Below are positions 48,656 through 57,276 of a stretch of DNA of 64,000 nucleotides, piece after piece. The position numbers were made by a program, and so were the translations under genes. The stretch's first letter is position 1, and the number at the start of each line of letters is the position of its first letter. The DNA comes from Acidimicrobiales bacterium (GTDB taxonomy: Bacteria; Actinomycetota; Acidimicrobiia; Acidimicrobiales; SZUA-35), in NCBI GenBank assembly GCA_020630065.1, contig JAHDCC010000019.1:7139-71138 (forward strand). Direction: 5' to 3'. The notes below the pieces were generated by a model, which was not told the DNA's origin, made no database searches, and saw nothing but the letters and a program-made list of their open reading frames with translations.

Positions 48656-49959
48656 CGTGCCGCCTCATCTAGTACTCGTTTGATTGCATTGACTAAAAGA
48701 TCGATGTCATCGTTACTTATCACGTAGGGAGGCATGATATAAATCAACCTTCCGAAAGGCCGGATCCAAACCCCGGAATCGACGAATATTCGCTGGGCGT
48801 CTTCGAGGTCCACCGCCTCGTTCGTTTCCACAACTCCTACCGCTCCAAGAACCCGAACATCAAAAACTTCTGGGTGGTTGACCAGGCCCGAAAGCCCGTC
48901 GTGGAGCTTCTGTTCGATACGTTTCACCTCGGTTGGCCAGTCGCTGGCCACCAAAAGGTCGATACTCGCCGATGCGACAGCACACGCTAACGGGTTCGCC
49001 ATAAACGTCGGTCCGTGCATAAACGTTGGGTTCGACCCAGCGTCGATGACGTCTACTACCTTGTCGGTGGTCAGTGTCGCCGCCAGCGTCATCATTCCCC
49101 CAGTGAGTGCTTTACCGACACACATAATGTCGGGGGTTACCTCTGCATGTTCACAGGCGAACAACTTCCCCGTTCGCCCGAACCCGGTCGCTATTTCATC
49201 TACGATCAGCAAAAGGCCTTCTCGGTCGCAGATCGAACGGATTCCACGGAGATACTCGGGATGGTAGAACCGCATCCCGCCGGTTCCCTGCAAGATCGGC
49301 TCACAGATGACGCCCGCTAATTGGCTACGATGCTCAGCGACGTTTTGTTCAATGTCGTCCAACGCTGAGACGTCCCAGGGCTCGTGGTATTCGACGGATG
49401 GACGTTCAACAAATACCTGTTTTTTTAACACCGACGAAAACAGATGATGCATGCCGTTGTCTGGGTCGCTAACCGACATGCAAGCAAACGGGTCTCCGTG
49501 ATAACCACCCCGAGGTGTTAGAAATAGCGAGCGTTCGGTTTCGCCTTTGGCATGCCAGAATTGAATCGCCATTTTTAATGCGACTTCAACCGAAACCGAA
49601 CCAGAATCGGCAAAAAACACGTATTGGAGATCGTCGGGGGTCAGTTCAACTAGCTGCGCTCCGAGCTTACTTGCTGGTTCGTGGGCGAACCCGCCAAACA
49701 TGACGTGCGACATTTTGCTGAGCTGTTGAGCGGCGGCTGCGTTTAGCTGCGGATGGTTGTAGCCATGTATGGCCGTCCACCATGATGACATTCCGTCGAC
49801 GAGCTCGGTTTCTTGCTCATCGGCCAAGGTGATGCGGACACCGTCAGCACGCTTGACCGGGTAGGTCGGGAGCGCATCTCGCATCGACGTGTAGGGATGC
49901 CAAAGATGGTTACGATCGAAGTTGTGCCAGTCTTGGGTGTTTTCGAAGTTTATGGGCAT
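48652..49959 (-). CDS. bioA: Adenosylmethionine-8-amino-7-oxononanoate aminotransferase
   Basis: NHLWHPYTSM, VDGMSSWWTAIHGYNHPQLN and DEIATGFGRTGKLFA motifs. I preferred the ATG at 49959. The ORF-track TTG is at 49971. It overlaps the bioD 3' end by about 50 nt. Confidence 0.9.
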   Translation of the reverse strand: MPINFENTQDWHNFDRNHLWHPYTSMRDALPTYPVKRADGVRITLADEQETELVDGMSSWWTAIHGYNHPQLNAAAAQQLSKMSHVMFGGFAHEPASKLGAQLVELTPDDLQYVFFADSGSVSVEVALKMAIQFWHAKGETERSLFLTPRGGYHGDPFACMSVSDPDNGMHHLFSSVLKKQVFVERPSVEYHEPWDVSALDDIEQNVAEHRSQLAGVICEPILQGTGGMRFYHPEYLRGIRSICDREGLLLIVDEIATGFGRTGKLFACEHAEVTPDIMCVGKALTGGMMTLAATLTTDKVVDVIDAGSNPTFMHGPTFMANPLACAVASASIDLLVASDWPTEVKRIEQKLHDGLSGLVNHPEVFDVRVLGAVGVVETNEAVDLEDAQRIFVDSGVWIRPFGRLIYIMPPYVISNDDIDLLVNAIKRVLDEAAR

Positions 49960-50533
49960 GTGTTTGTACAAAGTCGCACGTTACAGACGACACCTGTTCG
50001 ATGTCGGCCAATGGTTCTATTCCGCTGTATTCCAGTATGACAGTCCTGCTATCTCTATTGGCTTTACCGTTGAAAACGACACCAATTGATTCGATACCAC
50101 GGCTCTTGAGTAGTTCGATAGACAGCAACGTGTGGTTAATACTGCCCAGGTAATAGTTGGCTACCAAGACCACGGGAAATCCTAGACGCGCAACGAGATC
50201 TACTGTCAGTGTCTGCTGGTTGATCGGGACCATCAAACCACCTGCGAGTTCGACCAGTAGATTGTCGTCTGTCGGCGGCGTCAACGCTTCCAGCGTGATA
50301 CCGACGGCGTCTCGTTCCGCCGCCGCGTGTGGCGACATCGCTTCGGTGAGGCGATACCGTTCGTCATGAACGGTGCAGTCTGATGTTAGAGACGATACGA
50401 CGCTGGTGTCTGTTTGATGTAAGTCTCCGGCCTGTATCGGTTTCCAATAGTCCAAACCAAAAGCTTCACAAAACATGGCTGAGACAACGGTCTTGCCTAC
50501 GTCGGTGCCGATACCGGCAATGATCACGTTCAT
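49910..50533 (-). CDS. bioD: Dethiobiotin synthetase
   Basis: MNVIIAGIGTDVGKTVVS P-loop, and ELAGGLMVP. The ATG at 50533 overlaps the bioF stop. The ORF-track 5' extension (to 50698) lies inside bioF and is rejected. Confidence 0.85.
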   Translation of the reverse strand: MNVIIAGIGTDVGKTVVSAMFCEAFGLDYWKPIQAGDLHQTDTSVVSSLTSDCTVHDERYRLTEAMSPHAAAERDAVGITLEALTPPTDDNLLVELAGGLMVPINQQTLTVDLVARLGFPVVLVANYYLGSINHTLLSIELLKSRGIESIGVVFNGKANRDSRTVILEYSGIEPLADIEQVSSVTCDFVQTHAHKLRKHPRLAQLRS

Positions 50534-51651
50534 GGGTTTGTTCTCACTAGTGTTTCGATGAGGAGATCGATTTCTTGAGTCGTGTTGTACGAGTGGATAC
50601 AGATTCGAATTCGTTCGCTCCCGGCAGCAACCGTCGGTGGCAGAATCGCTTTGACCGTAATGCCCACACCGGACAGCGTATTTTCGATGTCGCAGCAACG
50701 TTCGGTCTCACCGACGACGAGGCCTTGTATCGGCGAACTACTCGGCAGCAGTCGGCCAGAACCCGCCGATAGCTGGGCGTTTGCGGTCTGACGGAAGTAC
50801 TCGATATTGCGGCGCAGACCTTGCCGTTGGGAGTCGGCTTCAACCATTCGTTCATGTTGATGAGCGATTGTCTGTACTGAAGAGACCGGTGGGGCTGTCG
50901 AGTAGATAAATGGGCGGCAGAAATTTATCAGATAGTTTCGCAGCCAGGAGCCTCCGGCAACGACCGCACCGTGGTAGCCCACAGCTTTGCCGAAGGTGTA
51001 CACACAAGCGGCCACCCGGCTTTGGAGGTTCAAACTAGCTACGAGACCTTCGCCCCGGTCCCCTATGACGCCGAGGCTGTGGGCTTCGTCGACGATTACT
51101 GCTGCGTCGAAACGTTCACACAGGTTGACAATCTCAACCAGCGGCGCGTGGTCGCCGTCCATCGAATAGGTGCCTTCGACGACAACAATGACGTTCCCGT
51201 CGGGGCGTTTAGCGCGAACTCGTTGCAGTTTTTCGGACAAGTTATCGAGGTTGTTGTGTCGAAAGTGGAAACGACGCGCCGTGCTCAGTCTGGCTCCATC
51301 GATCAGACTGGCGTGAGCTAACTCGTCAAGAATTAACGAGTCTGTTCGCCCGGCGATACAAGCGAGCAAGCCGAGGTTGGCGTCGTATCCAGACCCGAAG
51401 AGAAGCCCTGCTTCAAACCCATGAAATCGGGCGATCTGGTTCTCCACCTGTTCGGCTATCGCCGAGTTTCCTGAAAGAAGTCTAGAACCCGTCGACCCCG
51501 CTGGACGCACCGCAACGGTTTGAGCGGAAAGCCCAAGATAGTTGTTTGACCAGAAATCGATCTGAGTATCCGTTGACGGCAACGTTCGAAAGTTCGCCGC
51601 CCGCTTTCGCTTGTTTAGTTTCTGTTGGCTGGCGGACTCTAAACTTTTCAC
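50530..51651 (-). CDS. bioF: 8-amino-7-oxononanoate synthase
   Basis: PLP-dependent alpha-oxoamine synthase. Motifs SGYDANLG, DEAHSLGV and TFGKAVG (PLP lysine). Confidence 0.9.
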   Translation of the reverse strand: MKSLESASQQKLNKRKRAANFRTLPSTDTQIDFWSNNYLGLSAQTVAVRPAGSTGSRLLSGNSAIAEQVENQIARFHGFEAGLLFGSGYDANLGLLACIAGRTDSLILDELAHASLIDGARLSTARRFHFRHNNLDNLSEKLQRVRAKRPDGNVIVVVEGTYSMDGDHAPLVEIVNLCERFDAAVIVDEAHSLGVIGDRGEGLVASLNLQSRVAACVYTFGKAVGYHGAVVAGGSWLRNYLINFCRPFIYSTAPPVSSVQTIAHQHERMVEADSQRQGLRRNIEYFRQTANAQLSAGSGRLLPSSSPIQGLVVGETERCCDIENTLSGVGITVKAILPPTVAAGSERIRICIHSYNTTQEIDLLIETLVRTNP

Positions 51652-51656
51652 CGCCG

Positions 51657-52625
51657 CTACGAAATTTGGACCGAAACCGGCTGAGGTTCCTTCGCAGTGA
51701 GCCCTAAGAGTTCGAATAGTTGAGCGTCGTCGGCCACACTCGGATTCGGTGTCGTCAAAAGCTTTTCACCAGCGAAGATCGAATTGGCACCAGCCAGAAA
51801 ACACAGAGCTTGTTCGGAAGCAGAAAGTTCTGTCCGCCCGGCTGAAAGACGCACCACCGTCGTGGGCATCAAGATTCTGGCCGTCGCCACCATACGCAAC
51901 ATCTCCCATGCGGTGACACGTTTCTGGTCGGCAAGCGGAGTTCCTTCAACTGGAACTAGCGCATTGATGGGAACGGATTCAGGTGGGGTTGATAGGTTAG
52001 CGAGGGTTGTTAGCAGTCCAATTCGGTCGTCATCGGTTTCTCCCATCCCGATAATTCCACCGCTGCATACCGTCATACCCGCATTTCGAACATTGTCGAG
52101 CGTATCTAAACGGTCGTCGTAGTCACGGGTCGTGATGATCTGATCATAGTATTCGGCCGAAGTATCTAGATTGTGGTTGTACGCATACAGACCTGCGTCA
52201 CGCAGTTTCTGGGCTTGGGAATCCGTCAACATTCCCAGTGTGCAACAGACTTCTAAGCCTAAACCATTGACCGCTGTCACCATTTCCAGCACACGGTCGA
52301 AGTCTTTGTTGTCTTTGACTTCTCGCCAGGCGGCACCCATACACAGCCTTGAAGAACCCGAATCTTTAGCCTGCTGAGCCAGCTCTAGTACCTGCTCAAC
52401 CGGCATTAGTTTATGGACATCTACGTCGGTCTGGTATCGAGCGGCTTGAGGACAATAGGCGCAGTCTTCAGGGCAGGCGCCGGTCTTGATCGACACAAGA
52501 GTTGAGACCTGAACCTCGTTGTGAACGTTCGAATTCCGATGGACTGTTGCCGCTTCGAAGACCAACTCGAGCAACGGACGAGTGTAAATCTCTCGGACAG
52601 CTTCCAACGAAATCTTCTGATCCAT
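51657..52625 (-). CDS. bioB: Biotin synthase (radical SAM)
   Basis: [10 protein letters not shown] radical-SAM cluster motif, YNHNLDTS, and an overall 322-aa BioB pattern. Confidence 0.95.
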   Translation of the reverse strand: MDQKISLEAVREIYTRPLLELVFEAATVHRNSNVHNEVQVSTLVSIKTGACPEDCAYCPQAARYQTDVDVHKLMPVEQVLELAQQAKDSGSSRLCMGAAWREVKDNKDFDRVLEMVTAVNGLGLEVCCTLGMLTDSQAQKLRDAGLYAYNHNLDTSAEYYDQIITTRDYDDRLDTLDNVRNAGMTVCSGGIIGMGETDDDRIGLLTTLANLSTPPESVPINALVPVEGTPLADQKRVTAWEMLRMVATARILMPTTVVRLSAGRTELSASEQALCFLAGANSIFAGEKLLTTPNPSVADDAQLFELLGLTAKEPQPVSVQIS

Positions 52626-52687
52626 CAGATCATGGTATCAACCTGGGATTGGTAAACGTTTCGCCCGTGCAGGTCAAATGGCTCGAT

Positions 52688-52894
52688 TTATAGAGCCTGT
52701 ACTAGCGCTGAGATAGCGAGGACCGTGACACTCAGCAGCAGAGTCGCGATACCCCAAATAACAAGACCAAAAAGTAGCCGCACCCGACTTTTGCGGGTTT
52801 CGAAAACCTGTGCCTCTACCGGGTTAACTTTTTGACCCAGAATCTCGTCGATACGAAACTGTCCAGTTTCTAGCGGACCCTTGTTCACGTTCAT
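52688..52894 (-). CDS. Small tail-anchored membrane protein translationally coupled to the GT2 synthase
   Basis: 68-aa protein with a single C-terminal TM segment (LLFGLVIWGIATLLLSVTVLAISALV). Its ATG overlaps the stop of the upstream synthase by 4 nt. Confidence 0.5.
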   Translation of the reverse strand: MNVNKGPLETGQFRIDEILGQKVNPVEAQVFETRKSRVRLLFGLVIWGIATLLLSVTVLAISALVQAL

Positions 52895-54948
52895 CGGTTT
52901 ATCCCCGTCGCCGCTATCGGACGAACAGTAGCGTTGGCCGACGGCGCGCCTGGGCCCAAGGTGTGTTTGTCCTCGCTGCTTGCGTGTCGTCCGTCAACAA
53001 CTAGAAATAGGGCTCTGGCCGCTACCAAGAAGTTCAGGTAGCGGTAAAGGAAAAAATGTGGGATCGAATATGCCACAGCCGAATCTTTCACTTTGGATAC
53101 CAGTACGGCTACCCATGATGTGAAGAGTTGGATGATCATTGCCGAATACCAGATCGCGGCCAGCAAATATCGTTCTCCCGACAATGACGAAACAAGCACA
53201 AATACGTCGATGAGTGGGGTCAGAAGAGGGATGACAAAATCGGTCATGAGGCGATACGCAAGCGCTGGCAAACGGTACCGAGAGTTATTACCTCCCGGGT
53301 GCCGTTTGCGATGCTTCCACATCACTTGAAGCATGCCGTAACGGCGGTCGAGGAGGTGTTTCTTCAGTGCGGGGAGGCTGGTTTCTCCGCCAACCGACAC
53401 AGGCGCAGTTGGTTCGAATCGAAGATCCCAACCGCGAACTCCTAACGCGACAGTCAAGTCCATATCTTCGGCCGAGGTCACGTCGGGCACTCCACCAATG
53501 TCGACCAACGCTGATCGGCGGACGGCGGTTGCGGCCCCAGATATTTCCGTTCCAAGGCCGAGCATGATTTCCATCCGCTGGTTGATGTGGAACTGCGATA
53601 CTCGTTCGATGGCGGCAAGATTTCGTAGCCAAGATCCGTTCCGATTAAGTGCATGACCTGTCACCAAAGCAACTGTCGGATTCGACAACGGCCCAACTAG
53701 TCTCGCAAGCGTTTTAGGAGCGAACTCTGCGTCAGCGTAGGTGAGAATACAAATATCGTGGCTTGCGTTACGAATACCCTCGTTGACGGCAGTCGCCCGT
53801 CCAGAATGGGTTTGGGAAAGGACACGAACTCCAGGGACTTGCCTTGCTACGGACGCAGTCTTGTCGTTTGAACCATCATCGATAACGATAATTTCGATGG
53901 TCCCCGAGTAGTCAGAACGCCGTATTGATGAAAGTGTGGTCTCTAAGGTTTGGTCGGCGTTATGCGCTGGTATCAGCACTGAAACCGCAGGGTTTGTGGC
54001 TGTTTCTGATTCAGGTTTTGTTCGCACAAACCGCCGTCGACCGGCGACAAGCAGCAGCGCAAACAGGTATCTGCCGATTAGGAAAATACCGACAACGACC
54101 GCCAGTATCGCTAGTGCGGTTCGCAGGTACTGTTGAAACCCGGTACTCCACACCAATGTTTTGCTCTGGAATTGCCGGAAGAAACCAATATCGGTTGTGC
54201 TCGCCACTCCTGCGTAGTCAGACAGCGCATCCAGTTCATACTGTTCGTCGTCGAGTAGCTCTAACGTAGCGCCAACGGCATCTAGCTGACCTGGTTCGCC
54301 TAACAGTACCACCTGGCTGGTCCCGTCGAGCTCTCTGCGGTCCGACGTTGCCACCTGGTCGACGAATACGGTCACAAAACCAGCGTTCTGAAGGTTCTCG
54401 GCCGCCTTCACCTCGGCTTCAGACAGCGAAGTGGCGTCACGACTATGGGGCAACCGAACAAACCGCGGGGATTGACCGGTAACGCCTTCGACGTAACGTT
54501 GGGTCAATTTGTATTGAGCGAGTTGGTCCCCCGCTGAGAGATCTCCGATCCTGGGCCGGTTGAACGAACCTAGCCCTATCTCGTGGCCGGCGTCAGCAAT
54601 TCGTCGCAAGACGTCTTCGTTACCCGATATGTCAACCCCGGCCACAAAAAACGTAGCCCGCTTGTCTGCTTTTTCGAGAGCAGACAACAGCGAACCGGTT
54701 GAAGAGTCCGAAAGTCTGGCATCGATGACAAGCGCCGCTGTTGGACGCTCCGCAGAGACCCCGGGTTGCCCCTCGCTTGGGATGGAGTCCGGGATATTTT
54801 CGTTCGCAGCCGCCGCCGTGGGTGCAGCGCTGTCGGTTGAGCCAACTATCAGGGGATGACCAACATTGAGCAGGGTTGACAACGCCAAAAGTGCAGCTAA
54901 ACCTACCATTGCTAGGGTCAACGCCCAGCGAGTTAGAATGTTCTGCAC
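52891..54948 (-). CDS. Fused NodB/CE4 deacetylase-like domain plus processive family-2 glycosyltransferase (PgaC/MatB-like exopolysaccharide synthase)
   Basis: N-terminal TM segment and a NodB-homology region (RATFFVAGVD...AGHEIGLGSF). A TM segment follows. The GT2 core has VSVLIPAHNA, IVIDDGSNDKT, YADAEF and SAEDMDLT, and is followed by C-terminal TM helices. Confidence 0.75.
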   Translation of the reverse strand: MQNILTRWALTLAMVGLAALLALSTLLNVGHPLIVGSTDSAAPTAAAANENIPDSIPSEGQPGVSAERPTAALVIDARLSDSSTGSLLSALEKADKRATFFVAGVDISGNEDVLRRIADAGHEIGLGSFNRPRIGDLSAGDQLAQYKLTQRYVEGVTGQSPRFVRLPHSRDATSLSEAEVKAAENLQNAGFVTVFVDQVATSDRRELDGTSQVVLLGEPGQLDAVGATLELLDDEQYELDALSDYAGVASTTDIGFFRQFQSKTLVWSTGFQQYLRTALAILAVVVGIFLIGRYLFALLLVAGRRRFVRTKPESETATNPAVSVLIPAHNADQTLETTLSSIRRSDYSGTIEIIVIDDGSNDKTASVARQVPGVRVLSQTHSGRATAVNEGIRNASHDICILTYADAEFAPKTLARLVGPLSNPTVALVTGHALNRNGSWLRNLAAIERVSQFHINQRMEIMLGLGTEISGAATAVRRSALVDIGGVPDVTSAEDMDLTVALGVRGWDLRFEPTAPVSVGGETSLPALKKHLLDRRYGMLQVMWKHRKRHPGGNNSRYRLPALAYRLMTDFVIPLLTPLIDVFVLVSSLSGERYLLAAIWYSAMIIQLFTSWVAVLVSKVKDSAVAYSIPHFFLYRYLNFLVAARALFLVVDGRHASSEDKHTLGPGAPSANATVRPIAATGINR

Positions 54949-55110
54949 GCCGCCCCCGTTCGGTTACCGAAGTCGTTCCGGCCATATCCACGCCGATGGC
55001 CTCAACCAACTATTAACGATACGGCAATTACGTACTGCGACATGCAGCTAGAAGCCAACTCGGCTAAGCAAAACTACCGTCACAACTCAATATCTGGCTA
55101 ACATTCTGTT

Positions 55111-56070
55111 GTGTCAACGATTCTTGATGTAAATGTGGCAGCTTTCGAATCTGAAACTCACCGCAAGCAGCAGTCGGTAGCCGAACAAACGATGCAAAGC
55201 CTCGAGACCGGTTTTGTCTATGCGGACCACACCATTTCGAATGATCTGCTGGATACCGCCTACGAAATGTTAGGGCAGTTCTTTGCGTCGACCCAGAGCG
55301 AAAAGGACTCGGTTATCGCACGAGGTTCTAACGGTCAAACCGGCTACACCCCCGTAATGGTTGAGACGGCTGTTTCAAGCGAACTGGCGGACTGGAAAGA
55401 AATGTTGAACTGGGGCACTCAGCTACCGAAGCATCATCCGCTCCGTCGGCGGTATCCGAACCGATATGTTGACGCGGTTTTGCCGGAACACATTGTGCCC
55501 GGCATCGGTCAGGTCCTTTACGAACTTCACCACGCGTTAGTGGATTTACAGCGCCGATTTCTTCGGATCGTGGCGTTAGGTATCGGATGTGACCCATCCT
55601 TTTTCGATGGAATGACCCGTTATGGTTCCTCGCTTAGCAGGGCTATTCATTACCCTCCGATGGAACACGCCCCGAACTTCGACGGGATATCGCCGGTTTG
55701 GGCCGCTGAGCATGGCGACATCAATTTAGTTACGGCGTTGCCAAGAGCGAGCGGGCGCGGATTGCAGGTCAAAACATCTCAGGGCTGGATCGATGCCCAA
55801 CCTCCTGAAGGCCACGCAATACTTAATACGGGCATCATGCTTGAACATCTCACCAATGGGCGAATACCGACCGGTATTCACCGGGTGGTCGCTGACCCAG
55901 AACAACAAGACGGACGCCTGTCGGTTGTGCAGTTTATGCACCCAAGTCCCGCTACCATCTTGACCCCAGCCACCTCATGCATCGAACAGAGTCGCCCACA
56001 GAGATTTGGAGCCATCTCGGCCGACGACCTGTTGAACCAGGTGCTCTATGACATAAATCTACGTGAATAG
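55111..56070 (+). CDS. 2-oxoglutarate/Fe(II)-dependent oxygenase (isopenicillin N synthase-like family)
   Basis: HxD...H facial triad candidates (EHGDINLVT ... IPTGIHRVV) and an RLS motif. The length is typical of 2OG-FeII_Oxy proteins. GTG start. Confidence 0.65.
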   Translation: MSTILDVNVAAFESETHRKQQSVAEQTMQSLETGFVYADHTISNDLLDTAYEMLGQFFASTQSEKDSVIARGSNGQTGYTPVMVETAVSSELADWKEMLNWGTQLPKHHPLRRRYPNRYVDAVLPEHIVPGIGQVLYELHHALVDLQRRFLRIVALGIGCDPSFFDGMTRYGSSLSRAIHYPPMEHAPNFDGISPVWAAEHGDINLVTALPRASGRGLQVKTSQGWIDAQPPEGHAILNTGIMLEHLTNGRIPTGIHRVVADPEQQDGRLSVVQFMHPSPATILTPATSCIEQSRPQRFGAISADDLLNQVLYDINLRE

Positions 56071-56082
56071 CGGCGTCGAAAT

Positions 56083-56529
56083 CTAGGTTAGTTTCGCTTT
56101 GACCAACGTGGCCACCAGGCGACCGTCCGCACGGCCAGCAACCTTGGCGTTTATGGTCTTCATCGCAATACCCATGTCAGCTTTTGACGTCCAGGCGTTG
56201 GCTTCAAGTTCAGCGACGATAAGCGCCTCAAGCTCTTCTTCAGCCATCGCCTCGGGCAGATACGTTTCGAGAACAGCTAGTTGAGCGCGCTCGGTTTCGG
56301 CGCGGTCGCTGGCTCCACCTGCTTCGAACGCTTCAGCCGCTTCGACCCGTCGCTTTGCCTCATTGCTGATTACCTTCTCGACTTCGGCGTCGGTGAGCGT
56401 CTTCGCTGAACTTCCTGATACCTCAGCTTCTTTGACCGCCGCCATGATGGCGCGTAACGTTTGCACTTTGACTTTCTCTTTCGCTTTCATTGCGGTGGTC
56501 ATATCTTTTTTGATGGTCTCGATCAGCAT
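56083..56529 (-). CDS. GatB/YqeY domain-containing protein
   Basis: 148-aa protein, MLIETIKKDMTTAMKAKEKVKVQTLRAIMAAVKEAEV..., highly typical of the YqeY family. Confidence 0.8.
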   Translation of the reverse strand: MLIETIKKDMTTAMKAKEKVKVQTLRAIMAAVKEAEVSGSSAKTLTDAEVEKVISNEAKRRVEAAEAFEAGGASDRAETERAQLAVLETYLPEAMAEEELEALIVAELEANAWTSKADMGIAMKTINAKVAGRADGRLVATLVKAKLT

Positions 56530-56601
56530 GATTCCAACCTACATGCGTTGAGCACCGTTAGAGCCGTAAGATTGGGGTCAACCGGAACTAACATTATGTG
56601 C

Positions 56602-57123
56602 ATGGCACGATTTCTGGTATTGCTCCGAGCCGTGAACGTCGGCGGCAAGAACCGTGTGCCGATGGCGGAGCTACGAGCCGCCGCCAGCCAGTTGGGCTAC
56701 CGCAAGATCGACACGTATCTTCAGAGCGGGAATCTCGTTCTTTCCTCCGACACTGACCGTTCGTCCATACAGACGAACATAAAGCGTTGTGTCACGGAAC
56801 GATTCAGGGTCGATGTTACGGTCATAGTTCGATCAGCAGACGAAATAATGACTGTCGTAACCGACTTTCCTTACCAAGAAAGTGCACCCAATTCCTCAGG
56901 CGTTGTGTTCCTCGACCGCGAAATAGAGTTGGTTGATTCGACACGACGTTTCCTGCCCGACCGGTTCACGTCTGCAGGTTCGAACCTCTATGTCGACTGT
57001 CCGACTGGGTTTGGACAAACGAAGCTGTCGGTTAGCTGGATTGAACGGACCGCCAATTGTCGCGGTACCAGACGGAACTGGAAAACGGTTATGAAACTAC
57101 ATGAGCTACTTCAGCAAATCTGA
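56602..57123 (+). CDS. DUF1697-family protein
   Basis: MARFLVLLRAVNVGGKNRVPMAELR is the hallmark N-terminus of DUF1697 proteins. The ORF-track 5' extension overlaps the yqeY-like gene and is rejected. Confidence 0.7.
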   Translation: MARFLVLLRAVNVGGKNRVPMAELRAAASQLGYRKIDTYLQSGNLVLSSDTDRSSIQTNIKRCVTERFRVDVTVIVRSADEIMTVVTDFPYQESAPNSSGVVFLDREIELVDSTRRFLPDRFTSAGSNLYVDCPTGFGQTKLSVSWIERTANCRGTRRNWKTVMKLHELLQQI

Positions 57124-57276
57124 AGTATTTCAACAAGCAAACAATTCGGGCTAGGACCACTACCACCAACAGATAAGCATCCCGCCTTTGGAGATGTCCT
57201 TGTGTTAGGTTTTTTTCGTTTCTAGGAAGCAATTCTGAAAGATCCTACGACAGATCGGCTAACCGACAGGTATCTC

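Noticed and set aside
50534-50698. 5' extension of the bioD ORF (262 aa)
   Set aside because: The extension lies inside the bioF coding sequence in another frame. The conserved BioD N-terminus (MNVIIAGIGTDVGKT) starts at 50533, overlapping the bioF stop.
52626-52687. Search for a BirA or BioQ operator upstream of bioB
   Set aside because: I found no TGTAAAC-N-GTTAACA-type or TGAAC-N3-GTTCA palindrome in the 62-bp spacer. There is only a weak TTGACC-17-TACCAA promoter-like element, which is too weak to report as a feature.
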